Shown: positions 36,862-46,874 of the stretch, piece by piece | How positions within the stretch are numbered: the first letter of the stretch is position 1 | Layout: every line of letters starts with the position of its first letter | Assembly (NCBI GenBank): GCA_016210055.1 | Contig: JACQUZ010000155.1 | Coordinates: forward strand, 5,633-69,632 | Source of the DNA: Deltaproteobacteria bacterium | GTDB lineage: Bacteria > Myxococcota_A > Polyangia > Haliangiales > SHYZ01 | DNA length: 64,000 nucleotides | Reading direction: 5' to 3' | The notes under the pieces: generated by a model | Told to the model about the DNA's origin: nothing | What the model saw: only the letters and a program-made list of their open reading frames with translations | Databases searched by the model: none | Position numbers and translations under genes: made by a program

Positions 36862-37076
36862 GCTCTCCCATCGCCACCCACAAGATACGGGCGACCTGTT
36901 GTCCTTGACACCGGAGGTTGCCTTTACTATCCATTTGGCACGATTGACCCGTAGAGGTGCGTTCCAAGGAAGTTGCCGCGGGTCAAAGGTACTGCCTTGA
37001 AACCATGCCCCAAAGGATCCACAAGGTTTTCGCCCGGTGTCGAAGCCTAGGTCGTGTGATGCCGTAAAAGGAAGTC

Positions 37077-38021
37077 ATGCACCGTCTTGCCATCACCACA
37101 GCCCTAGCCACATTTCTGCTCCTGATTGTCGGAGGGGCCGTGCACGCCACGGGCTCGAGCCTTGCCTGCCCCGACTGGCCCTTGTGCTACGGCCAGCTGA
37201 TGCCGGAAATGAAGGGAGGAGTGCTTTATGAGCACAGTCATCGCCTCCTTGCCACGCTTGTCGGGCTGCTCACGATCGCGCTCACGGTGGTCCTCGTCAG
37301 GAAACGGAAGGACGATCGAGCCCTTGGCTGGCTTGGCCCTCTTGCTTTAGTTGCGGTGATTGTTCAGGGAGTCCTAGGTGGGATCACGGTCCTGTACCGC
37401 CTGCCCACCCTGGTCTCGACAGCGCACCTTGCGCTGTCGATGCTCTATTTCCTGCTCCTGATCTACATCGCCTTCCGCACAGCGCCACCTGGCGTCGTCG
37501 CCCGGGTGACCTTGCATCCGACGCAGCGGCGATGGGTCTGGCTCGCGGCCACCGCCGTGTACTTGCAGGTTATCCTGGGCGGGCTCGTGCGGCATACCGG
37601 CGCCGGGCTGTCGTGTCTCGACATTCCTCTCTGCAGGGGGACGATTTGGCCGGCTTACGGGCCCGTGCTCGCTCAAGTGCACATGCTTCATCGCCTCGCG
37701 GCGGTACTGGTTTCGATCGTCGTGATTCTCGCGAGCGCGCGGGTGCTCCGAGGGATGCGAGGGCAGCGGGGAGCGTTCGTGCGATTCCTTGCGCTCGCGG
37801 CGCCGGTCCTGGTCTCCATCCAGGTTGGACTGGGCATCTGGAGTGTCTGGGCATATCTCGGCACGATCCCTGTGACGGCACACCTCGCGGTGGGAGCGCT
37901 CATCGTAGGCACCCTGCAAGCCCTTTATCTTGCGACAAAGGCGCAGCCTGTCGCCATCACGGAAGCGAGCAAGGGATCGGAAACTGCAGTTCATGCCGGG
38001 ATTCGGCCATGCAGTTCGTAG
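37077..38021 (+). CDS. ctaA: Heme A synthase (COX15/CtaA)
   Basis: 314 aa, polytopic. Contains CPDWPLCYG and a second Cys pair context (GAGLSCLDIPLC), plus conserved His residues. Confidence 0.85.
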   Translation: MHRLAITTALATFLLLIVGGAVHATGSSLACPDWPLCYGQLMPEMKGGVLYEHSHRLLATLVGLLTIALTVVLVRKRKDDRALGWLGPLALVAVIVQGVLGGITVLYRLPTLVSTAHLALSMLYFLLLIYIAFRTAPPGVVARVTLHPTQRRWVWLAATAVYLQVILGGLVRHTGAGLSCLDIPLCRGTIWPAYGPVLAQVHMLHRLAAVLVSIVVILASARVLRGMRGQRGAFVRFLALAAPVLVSIQVGLGIWSVWAYLGTIPVTAHLAVGALIVGTLQALYLATKAQPVAITEASKGSETAVHAGIRPCSS

Positions 38022-38866
38022 CTGGCCAGTCCATGCGCGAGCTCGTCTTGCTCATGAAGCCGCGCATTACGCTCCTTTCGGTGGCAACCGCGGCCACCGG
38101 GCTTTGGCTTGCTCCTGGGAGCCCCTCGGCGTCTCTCGTGATGCTCACCCTGGTCGGAACCCTTCTTCTCGTGGGGGCTGCGAGCACGCTCAACATGTAC
38201 TTCGAGCGCGACGTCGATGGGCTGATGGCGAGGACTCGGAATCGGCCGCTTCCCGCGGGCAGGCTGCAGCCACGCGTGGCGTTTTGGTTTGGAATCGGAC
38301 AGGCCCTCGTTGCCATCCCGATGCTGGCTCTTGGGACTAACCCGCTCACCGGTGTACTCGGGGCCTTCTCTCTCCTCACGTACGTTTGGATCTATACCCC
38401 TCTCAAGCGCAAGACGGTGCTCTCACTTCCCATAGGCGCCATCCCGGGGGCAATGCCTCCCCTGCTCGGATGGACCGCAGCCACGGCCCAGATCGAGCTT
38501 CCTGCATTACTGCTCTTCGCCGTCGTTTTTTTCTGGCAACTCCCCCATTTTCTGGCCATTGCCTTGTTCCGCAAGGGGGAATACGTGGCTGCAGGACTCA
38601 AGATCATGCCCGCGGTGAATGGTGAACAGGCAACCAAGCACGCGATCTTCGTGATCCTCGTGCTGCAAGTCCTCGTCACGCTGCTCCTGGTACCTGCGGG
38701 CATTGGCGGTCATGGCTACCTGATTGGGGCCTCGCTGCTGGGCGCCATCATGCTCAGCTTTGGCTATTCGGGCCTTCACCGCCCGGCCGTCGACGCGTGG
38801 GCCCGCAAGCTATTCATCCTATCCGTGATCTACCTACCCGTGCTGTTCGCGCTGCTGTTCCTGTGA
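38009..38866 (+). CDS. ctaB: Protoheme IX farnesyltransferase (heme O synthase)
   Basis: The internal ATG at 38009 is chosen within the longer ORF 37532..38866. UbiA-family motif LNMYFERDVDGLMARTRNRPL, and multiple TM segments. Confidence 0.85.
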   Translation: MQFVAGQSMRELVLLMKPRITLLSVATAATGLWLAPGSPSASLVMLTLVGTLLLVGAASTLNMYFERDVDGLMARTRNRPLPAGRLQPRVAFWFGIGQALVAIPMLALGTNPLTGVLGAFSLLTYVWIYTPLKRKTVLSLPIGAIPGAMPPLLGWTAATAQIELPALLLFAVVFFWQLPHFLAIALFRKGEYVAAGLKIMPAVNGEQATKHAIFVILVLQVLVTLLLVPAGIGGHGYLIGASLLGAIMLSFGYSGLHRPAVDAWARKLFILSVIYLPVLFALLFL

Positions 38867-39861
38867 TGAGTCACGCCCTCATTTCGGCTCATGGTCTCGT
38901 GCGTCGCTATGGCGCGGTAAAGGCGCTTCAGGGCGTCTCGTTTCACGTTTCTCGGGGGGAGATTTTTGGCTTCCTCGGGCCAAACGGCGCGGGCAAGACA
39001 ACTACATTTGAGCTGCTTTCAGGCCTACGTTCGGCCGACGAAGGGGAAGTGCGCTGGAACGGTGAGCGCATGCACCCAACGGATTCCCGATTCCGGGCTC
39101 GATTGGGCGTAGTGTTCCAGAAGCCGAGCGTTGACGACAAGTTGACTGCCCGAGAGAACCTTCTCCTTGGGGCGGCGCTCTACGGGCTAACCGGACGAGT
39201 GGCGCGCGAGCGCATGGAGCAAGCCCTAAGGCTCGTGGAGCTCCAAGGTCGCGACCGTGGGCCGGTGGCTGGGTTCTCTGGCGGGATGCGTCGTCGCCTG
39301 GAGCTCGCGAGGGTGCTGCTCCACGAGCCAGAGCTCCTGATCCTCGACGAACCTACCCAGGGATTGGATCCTGCTTTTTTCAAGAAGTTCTGGAGCCAGA
39401 TCGAGGCGCTCAGGCGAGAGCGGAACCTGACCATCCTCATTACGACCCACGATCCCAAGGAGGCCGAGATCTGCGACCGTCTTGCGATTCTGGATGCCGG
39501 AAGAATCATCGCCGAGGGAACTCCGCATGAGCTGAAGAAGCAGGTGGGTGGCGACGTGGTCGTGGTGGAGGCGGATCGCCCCGACGAGCTCGTCCCGTTC
39601 ATTTCGGACCGCCTCGACGTTCCCATTCAGCTTGCGGATGGACGCCTGTACCTCACGCGCCCGAACGGGCACGAGCTCATCCCACGGCTCGTCGAGCTGT
39701 TCCCAGCCGGTAGGCTGAAAAGCGTGGGCTTGCACGCGCCCACGCTCGCAGACGTCTTTGTCACGCTCGCGGGCCGTAGGCTATCCGTGGACGTGCCGGC
39801 GTCATGCCATGTCGGCAGGTCTGAGTCCGAGGCGCTCGAGGGAGTCGCGCGCGCCTCATGA
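38866..39861 (+). CDS. ABC transporter ATP-binding protein (ABC-2 type)
   Basis: The start ATG at 38866 overlaps the ctaB stop. Walker A GPNGAGKTT, signature FSGGMRRRLELA, Walker B LLILDEPTQGLD. Confidence 0.85.
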   Translation: MSHALISAHGLVRRYGAVKALQGVSFHVSRGEIFGFLGPNGAGKTTTFELLSGLRSADEGEVRWNGERMHPTDSRFRARLGVVFQKPSVDDKLTARENLLLGAALYGLTGRVARERMEQALRLVELQGRDRGPVAGFSGGMRRRLELARVLLHEPELLILDEPTQGLDPAFFKKFWSQIEALRRERNLTILITTHDPKEAEICDRLAILDAGRIIAEGTPHELKKQVGGDVVVVEADRPDELVPFISDRLDVPIQLADGRLYLTRPNGHELIPRLVELFPAGRLKSVGLHAPTLADVFVTLAGRRLSVDVPASCHVGRSESEALEGVARAS

Positions 39862-40640
39862 ACCGCAACCTGGCCACCATCGTCGTTCTGTTCCGCCGCG
39901 AGCTCGTGCGCTTCTTCCGCCAGCGAAGTCGTGTCCTAGGCGCCCTCGCGCAGCCAATCATCTTCTGGGTGATCATTGGCGGTGGGCTGGATCGCTCCTT
40001 CTTGGTGCCGGGCGCGGAGGGGCTCGGGTATCGGGAATACTTCTTCCCGGGCGTGCTCATGATGGTCGTGCTGTTCACGTCGATCTTTTCCACGATGTCG
40101 ATCATCGAGGACCGCCATGCGGGGTTTCTTCAAGCGGTGCTTGTGGCCCCGTCATCGCGGTCCGCGCTGGTCCTGGGAAAAGCACTCGGCGGCGTGTCGA
40201 TCGCGCTCCTGCAAGCCCTCTTGCTCCTGCTCGCAGCGCCGGTCGCGGGGTTTTCTCTTGGCCAGATAAACCTGCCGCACGTCCTCCTCGTGCTCGTTTC
40301 GTCCTCATTGGCGCTGACTGCACTGGGATTCGCGATCGCGTGGTGGCTCGATTCGGTGCAGGGTTTTCACGCCATCATGAGCGTTCTCCTCATCCCGGCG
40401 TGGATTCTGTCTGGAGCCATGTTCCCCGTAGAGAAGACCTCCAAGTGGATGGGCGCGCTCATGCACGTCAATCCGATAACTTATGGGGTGGAGGGGCTCC
40501 GTCGTGCCCTCTACGGGGGAGTGCTCCCTCCGGGCGTTGGGGTCTCTGGGTCTTCGATGCTCTTGGAGCTTGGGGTTGTGGCAGGCTTTGCGGTGAGCAC
40601 CTTGGCGCTGGCCGCGTGGACCTGCAAGAGGCAAGCATAG
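39858..40640 (+). CDS. ABC-2 type transporter permease
   Basis: 260 aa with six predicted TM segments. Its start overlaps the stop of the ATPase gene. Confidence 0.8.
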   Translation: MNRNLATIVVLFRRELVRFFRQRSRVLGALAQPIIFWVIIGGGLDRSFLVPGAEGLGYREYFFPGVLMMVVLFTSIFSTMSIIEDRHAGFLQAVLVAPSSRSALVLGKALGGVSIALLQALLLLLAAPVAGFSLGQINLPHVLLVLVSSSLALTALGFAIAWWLDSVQGFHAIMSVLLIPAWILSGAMFPVEKTSKWMGALMHVNPITYGVEGLRRALYGGVLPPGVGVSGSSMLLELGVVAGFAVSTLALAAWTCKRQA

Positions 40641-40647
40641 GAAAGGC

Positions 40648-41079
40648 ATGAAACCCGTCGATATCCTTCCCGCATTCAACGCAGCGCTAAATGGGGTGAG
40701 TTGTGCGCTCCTGTTTCTTGCGGTTCGCGCCATTCGAGCAGGACGACGGGAAAAGCATCGGCAGCTCATGCTTGGCGCGCTCGGATGCTCAACCGTCTTT
40801 CTCGCGTCGTACCTCGTTCGCTTTGCGCTGACCGGCGCCCATCGCTACCCAGTGGCCGACTTCACGCGGACCGTGTACTACGTGGTCCTGTTTTCGCATA
40901 CGGTCCTCGCAGCCGTGGTACTCCCGCTGATTGTTCGCACGCTCTTCTTGGCCCTCAAGCAGCGATTTGACAGCCACAGCCGGATCGCGCGGCTGACGTT
41001 CCCCATCTGGGCGTACGTTTCCGTCACTGGTGTCCTCGTGTACTTGATGCTGTATCAGCTTGCTCCGCGGCTAAGGTAG
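40648..41079 (+). CDS. DUF420 membrane protein (cytochrome oxidase assembly-associated)
   Basis: 143 aa with four TM helices. The N-terminus LPAFNAALNGVSCALLFLAVRAIRAG...H is typical of DUF420. Confidence 0.75.
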   Translation: MKPVDILPAFNAALNGVSCALLFLAVRAIRAGRREKHRQLMLGALGCSTVFLASYLVRFALTGAHRYPVADFTRTVYYVVLFSHTVLAAVVLPLIVRTLFLALKQRFDSHSRIARLTFPIWAYVSVTGVLVYLMLYQLAPRLR

Positions 41080-41082
41080 TTC

Positions 41083-41700
41083 CTACCGCATGATCAGCTT
41101 GATGTCCCGCACCAGGTCGGCCTGGCCTTGGTCATCCGAGCGGTAATAGCCGCGGATGTTCCCCGCTTGATCCACGAGCACGAACTGCTCTCCATGAAAG
41201 ATCTGAAGGATTTCCCCCTTTTCTCCCGTGGGCTCCTTCCCCATGGCGATCTTGAACCCACCGACAACCGTCTTTTCCACGTCGGAAGAAGGTCCAGTCA
41301 AGAACGTCCAGATCTCGGGATTCGCGCCGTGCGCCCTGGCGTACTCGGCCAATTTCTCGGGGGTGTCATTCTCCGGGTCCACCGTAAATGTCACGAGCCG
41401 CACCCGGTCGCCCAGGGATTCGAGTTTTTCCTGCAGGGCTTTCATGCGCGAGGTGAGGCGTGGGCACACGCTTGGACACGCCAGGAATACGAAGTCAGCA
41501 ACCCACGCTCGGCCCAAGAGATCTGCACGACCAAAGGGCCCCCCTCTCTCGCTGGTCAGGCGAAACTCAGGTAGCTCGAGGAGGACGGGTGGAACCGGTC
41601 GCTCGGCCCGCAGCGAGCGAAGCAATGGCGTCGCGAGCACCGCGACGAGAAGTAGGAAAGAAACCGGGGAGCTGAAAAAGCGTCTTGCCGCCGCGCGCAT
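41083..41700 (-). CDS. SCO1/SenC family copper chaperone / thiol-disulfide oxidoreductase
   Basis: 205 aa with an N-terminal anchor. CxxxC motif FLACPSVCP, followed by a conserved His (IFHGEQFVLVD). Confidence 0.85.
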   Translation of the reverse strand: MRAAARRFFSSPVSFLLLVAVLATPLLRSLRAERPVPPVLLELPEFRLTSERGGPFGRADLLGRAWVADFVFLACPSVCPRLTSRMKALQEKLESLGDRVRLVTFTVDPENDTPEKLAEYARAHGANPEIWTFLTGPSSDVEKTVVGGFKIAMGKEPTGEKGEILQIFHGEQFVLVDQAGNIRGYYRSDDQGQADLVRDIKLIMR

Positions 41701-41835
41701 CTCGGCTGCGTTATGCGCCGCGCGGCGTGCACCGTCAAGCGGCGCTGCAAGCGGTGCCTACCGAGCTTCTGCTGCCCGCCGATGATAATCGGCGGGCATG
41801 GTGCGCGCCCCGGCCCTTGCATTACACTCCGCACC

Positions 41836-42807
41836 GTGCCTCGCTTTCCCTTCTTGCTTGCCGCTTTTCTAGTCCCGGTCGCGGCTGCGCACGCCGATCA
41901 AAAACAACTCCATGAGGTGCGCGCTGACCTCGATCTCGAGGCGGGAAACCCATCGAGCCAGTCGAACCTGGACGTTCAATATACCTTCACTCCGTCGGGC
42001 ATCGATCGCCGTGATGAGGTGGTGCCGCCCTTGCGACGATTCGTACGCCACCCTAGTGCGGCCTGGCTTAGGGGATCGTACGACGGGTCCTTCCGCGGAA
42101 GTGCAGCCTCCGCCCGAGGAGGAGGAATCGCTTACCTCCTTCAAGGAAGAGCTCATGCCCAGGGCGAGATCGGCATCGAGCGCGTGACGATTGACTACGA
42201 CGCCCATGAAGAAGGATTCATTTCCGCGCCCCTTCGGGCAGAGCTCGGGGCCCGTCCATTCCCACTCGTCGCCGTGGCGGCGCATGTCCGCTGGAACCCC
42301 GTTCTCGACGCCCTTTCCAGCAGCAACAGGTCTCCAGCCGAACGTTCGGGGGCAGAGCGCGAGGTTGGAGCCACTCTCACGACGGCTATCCCAGGCGATC
42401 GGCTCCTTTTTTCTGCGGGCGTCGGACGCAATGAAATTGATTGGACGTTCAGCGGGTTCCATCCGGGCTCCGTGACGGCGAGCGGCATTCGGGCGAGCAC
42501 GATCACGAGCATCCAGGCCTCACCTACCCTTTCGTTCCAGCTCAGCCTCGCTTGGCGCCGAGAAGACTGGGACAACCGGCGCACTGGAGAGCAAGAGGAC
42601 GGCTTCATGAAGGGCAGCCTGTCGCGCCGCGTGCATGGAATCCAGGGCGACCTGGGGGTTACGTTTTGGTTTCGCGGGAGGCTCGCGTTCCGGGCTGCAC
42701 TGGGCGGCGGTTTCGAGAATCCGCCGCCGATTTATTACCGGGAAACCGGATTGGACAAGGACCGCCCCTTCCTCAAGCTTCGGCTCGGGCTGACAAAGCG
42801 CTATTGA
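41836..42807 (+). CDS. Hypothetical secreted protein, possibly an outer-membrane beta-barrel
   Basis: A GTG start at 41836 gives the signal peptide VPRFPFLLAAFLVPVAAAHA. The sequence has alternating hydrophobic/polar strand-like segments and a C-terminal aromatic residue (…LTKRY). No family recognised. Confidence 0.5.
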   Translation: MPRFPFLLAAFLVPVAAAHADQKQLHEVRADLDLEAGNPSSQSNLDVQYTFTPSGIDRRDEVVPPLRRFVRHPSAAWLRGSYDGSFRGSAASARGGGIAYLLQGRAHAQGEIGIERVTIDYDAHEEGFISAPLRAELGARPFPLVAVAAHVRWNPVLDALSSSNRSPAERSGAEREVGATLTTAIPGDRLLFSAGVGRNEIDWTFSGFHPGSVTASGIRASTITSIQASPTLSFQLSLAWRREDWDNRRTGEQEDGFMKGSLSRRVHGIQGDLGVTFWFRGRLAFRAALGGGFENPPPIYYRETGLDKDRPFLKLRLGLTKRY

Positions 42808-43382
42808 CGCTTGCCCTTCACGAGCTCCTCGACTTCTCGCTCGACGGCGCGTTCATCGCCAGGCCTGTACCCCTTGTGAACAAAACGCGCGATTCCTCTC
42901 GCGTCAATGACGAAAAGAGAGGGCATGGCGGGCAAGCGGTACGCTTCGGCGGTGTGCGAAGTGGGGTCCAAGAGCACCCGCAGCGCCGAGACGCCTGCAT
43001 CCTTCAGGAATTTCTCGGCACTCCTGCGTTCGGAGTCGATGTTGATGGCGAGGAGGACCACATCCTTTCGCTGGCGCCACTTCTTGGCCAATCGGTCCAG
43101 GGCAGGCAGTTCCTTGCGGCACGGAACACACCAGCTCGCCCAGAAATCGACGATGACAACTTTTCCCCGAAGCGATGAGAGGGTGACCGACGTGCCCGCA
43201 AGATCCTCCAGCGAAAACTCCGGGGCTGCGTCCCCGGGTTTCACGGCGCTCGCCACGCAAGGCCAAAGAAGCAACAAAATCGCGAGCAAGGCTAGCACTG
43301 CTAGGCCAGGAGCGCTCCCCAAGCCCTTCCGCTTGCCACGCTTGCCGCTCGCCTCGTCACCGATGGAGGGCGAGTTCTTCAC
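42801..43382 (-). CDS. TlpA/ResA-like thioredoxin-fold thiol:disulfide oxidoreductase
   Basis: WCVPC active site (FWASWCVPCRKE) behind an N-terminal membrane/signal segment. The start is uncertain. GTG at 43382 is preferred over ATG at 43445 because the latter overlaps the upstream gene by 89 nt. Confidence 0.75.
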   Translation of the reverse strand: MKNSPSIGDEASGKRGKRKGLGSAPGLAVLALLAILLLLWPCVASAVKPGDAAPEFSLEDLAGTSVTLSSLRGKVVIVDFWASWCVPCRKELPALDRLAKKWRQRKDVVLLAINIDSERRSAEKFLKDAGVSALRVLLDPTSHTAEAYRLPAMPSLFVIDARGIARFVHKGYRPGDERAVEREVEELVKGKRQ

Positions 43383-44295
43383 GAACCACGTCCACGAGGT
43401 CAGACAAGGTCCCAGCCATGTCGTATTCCGAGACCTTGCGACCACTCACGTACAGCGTTGGCGTTCCTTCGAGATCGGCCTTGAGCCCTTCTTCCCTGTC
43501 GGCCATCACCTTGGCGCGCGTCGCCGGATCCTGCATGTCCGCCTCGAACTTCGCCTGGTCCAGGCCAATTTCTTTCGCGTACCGGAAGAGGTCTTCCTTT
43601 GAGTGCTTCGTCTGGAAGGAGAAGAGCTTGCGGTGCATCTCGCGGAACTTTCCCTGCTTTGCCGCCGAAACGGCCGCCATCGCCGCTGGGATGGAATCGG
43701 GATGGGAGCTCAGGGGGAAATTCTTGTAGTAAACGACAACCTCCGACGGAAGCTCGGCGACCAGGTCCTCGAGCTTCATGGAAAACTGCTTGCAGGCCGG
43801 GCAGCCGTAATCAAAGAACTCGACGAGCACCACCGGCGAATTGGGCGCACCGTCAAATGGAGTGCTCTTTAGGTCGAACTGATATCCCCCCTTGCGAAGG
43901 TAGCGGGCCTCGTAGACCACCTCAAGCTCCTCTTCGCTAAGGTCTTGTGCCGCTCGACGGGCAAGGTGACGTGCTGCAAGCAACGAGCGCTTGCACTCTG
44001 GGTCAGTCGCAAGCGATGTCTTGAGCGCATGCGCCTTGCCGCAGGGAGACTGAAGCTTGTCGACGAGCTTGAGCAAGCGGGCTTTCTGCTCGGAACCGAG
44101 GGACGACAGGTCGACCCCAGGGAGCTCATTGGACGGTGCAGGCGGTGCAGTGCCTTTGGCCTGGGCTTCAGTCCCAGCGCCCACAGCCGGTGTCTCGACC
44201 TTCTTCTTTCCGTCACAAGAGGCGCCCAAGAAAGGAAGAGACATGGCCGCCAGCGCCGACGCCAGTATCACCCCATGCAAGCTTCTTTTGTGCAT
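43357..44295 (-). CDS. DsbA-family thioredoxin-domain lipoprotein
   Basis: 312 aa. Signal with a Cys (LPFLGASCDG) and a CPAC active site (FFDYGCPACKQF). Confidence 0.8.
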   Translation of the reverse strand: MHKRSLHGVILASALAAMSLPFLGASCDGKKKVETPAVGAGTEAQAKGTAPPAPSNELPGVDLSSLGSEQKARLLKLVDKLQSPCGKAHALKTSLATDPECKRSLLAARHLARRAAQDLSEEELEVVYEARYLRKGGYQFDLKSTPFDGAPNSPVVLVEFFDYGCPACKQFSMKLEDLVAELPSEVVVYYKNFPLSSHPDSIPAAMAAVSAAKQGKFREMHRKLFSFQTKHSKEDLFRYAKEIGLDQAKFEADMQDPATRAKVMADREEGLKADLEGTPTLYVSGRKVSEYDMAGTLSDLVDVVREELALHR

Positions 44296-44430
44296 CGCGG
44301 CACTTTGTAAACTAGCTTGGCCGCCATCGCAAGCTCATGGTGTTGGCGACAAGCGCCCACCTGGATGAAAACGCGCCAAATACGTCCCCTTTCGCCTTGA
44401 CTTGGCGCGTCAGGGTCGATACAAAACGAA

Positions 44431-44448
44431 TGAATGAATCATCATTCA
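44431..44448. promoter_or_regulatory. Perfect 7-4-7 inverted repeat overlapping the TetR start codon (candidate operator)
   Basis: TGAATGA atca TCATTCA at 44431-44448. A TTGACT-N17-TACAAA promoter-like pattern lies just upstream (about 44397-44425). Confidence 0.3.
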
Positions 44449-45039
44449 GTCCGTGGAGGCGACAAGCGTGCTCGGATTCTCGAGTCCGCGTTGAAAGTAT
44501 TCGCCTCCAAGGGGTTCTACGCAGCCAAGGTAGCGGACGTAGCTGCTGAAGCTGGAGTCGCCGACGGGACCATCTACCTGTACTTCAAGTCAAAGGACGA
44601 CCTCCTCATCTCGCTCTTCGAGGAGCAAATGCAGCAGGTCAACTCGCAGCTCACCACAGCGCTCGTGGGCGCCATCAGTGCTACTGATAAGCTCCAGCGG
44701 TTTTTCAAGGCCTATCTCGGCATGGTCGAGACCCACCGCCATGCGACCGAGATCATCACCATTGAGCTCCGCCAATCGGCGAAGTTCATGAAGGACTACG
44801 CGAACCCTCGCTTTGCCGAGTTCCTGAAGCTCTTGGCCGGCATCATCGACGAGGGGCAAGCAAGCGGCACGTTCGTGAGTGGTACGCCACCGACGGTCCT
44901 AGCCCGCGCGATCTTCGGGCTTCTCGACGAGTTGGCCTTGATGTGGGTGACAACCAAGGGAGATAAGATCGACATCCGCAAGGCTGCCGATTGGGTCGGC
45001 AGGCTTGTGCTAGAAGGGCTCGAAAGGAGGAGTGCGTGA
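44434..45039 (+). CDS. TetR/AcrR family transcriptional regulator
   Basis: 201 aa. N-terminal HTH region (RILESALKVFASKGFYAAKVADVAAEAGVADGTIYLYFKSKDDLL). Confidence 0.85.
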   Translation: MNHHSVRGGDKRARILESALKVFASKGFYAAKVADVAAEAGVADGTIYLYFKSKDDLLISLFEEQMQQVNSQLTTALVGAISATDKLQRFFKAYLGMVETHRHATEIITIELRQSAKFMKDYANPRFAEFLKLLAGIIDEGQASGTFVSGTPPTVLARAIFGLLDELALMWVTTKGDKIDIRKAADWVGRLVLEGLERRSA

Positions 45040-45854
45040 AGATCCTCGTCACTGTGAAGCGGGTTCCAGACCCGGAAATGAAGCCAAAGTTCAAGGGCGC
45101 CTCGCTGGATCTTTCCAGCGCGAGCTGGGTGGTCAACACCTTCGACGAGTACGCCGTGGAGACAGCGCTACGCCTCACGGAAAATGGGGCTACGGGCGAG
45201 CGATTTGGCGAAGTCGTCGTGCTGTCCATCGGCCCCAAGGACGCTTCCCAGCAGCTTCGCTCGGCGCTTGCCATGGGGGCTGATCGCGCCATTCTTGTCG
45301 ACGCCCTCGACGAGAATCTCGACTCCGACTCGGTCGCACGTATCGTTCAGGCCGTTGTCTCGCGGGAGAAGCCCGATCTCCTCCTCATGGGCAAGCAGGC
45401 CGTCGACGGAGATGCCAACCAAGCGGGGCAAGTCGTGGCGGGGCTCCTAGGCTGGGCTCAAGCCACCTTTGCCGCCGAAGTAAGCCTGGCCGCTGATGCC
45501 AAGAGCGTCCTCGTTTCGCGCGAAGTAGACTCCGGCGTGGAATCCAAGCGCATCCCGCTGCCGGGTGTCGTTACCGTCGATCTCCGGATCGTGGCGCCCA
45601 AGGCGGTCAAGAACGGGAAGACCCCCGACTCGCACGCCTACGCGGACGGCCCTCGCTACGCGTCGCTCAAGGGCATCATGGCCGCGAAGAAGAAGGAGAT
45701 TAAGGAGCTCAAGCTCGCTGACCTGGGGGTATCCGTGACTCCAAAGGTCAAGTGGATCTCCGTCGAGCCGCCACCTGCGCGAAAGGCCGGCATCAAGGTG
45801 GGAGACGTGCAAGAGCTGGTAAAGCGCCTCCATGACGAGGCAAAGGTCCTGTAA
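45036..45854 (+). CDS. etfB: Electron transfer flavoprotein subunit beta
   Basis: The GTG start at 45036 overlaps the TetR stop (GTGA) and is preceded by AGGAGG. N-terminus VKILVTVKRVPDPE, and the LLLMGKQAVDGD motif. Confidence 0.9.
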   Translation: MKILVTVKRVPDPEMKPKFKGASLDLSSASWVVNTFDEYAVETALRLTENGATGERFGEVVVLSIGPKDASQQLRSALAMGADRAILVDALDENLDSDSVARIVQAVVSREKPDLLLMGKQAVDGDANQAGQVVAGLLGWAQATFAAEVSLAADAKSVLVSREVDSGVESKRIPLPGVVTVDLRIVAPKAVKNGKTPDSHAYADGPRYASLKGIMAAKKKEIKELKLADLGVSVTPKVKWISVEPPPARKAGIKVGDVQELVKRLHDEAKVL

Positions 45855-45869
45855 AGGAGCGGAGCGATC

Positions 45870-46838
<969 letters not shown>

Positions 46839-46874
46839 GAACCAATCTCACGACCAAGTCGCCCCTGGCGATTC

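Noticed and set aside
36936-36952. TGGCAC motif between prfA and ctaA as a sigma-54 promoter (-24 element). Also noted: a TTGACA at 36905 with a weak TATCCA -10.
   Set aside because: No TTGC -12 element lies at the required spacing after TGGCAC. The sigma-70-like match has a poor -10. The evidence is too weak to report as a feature.
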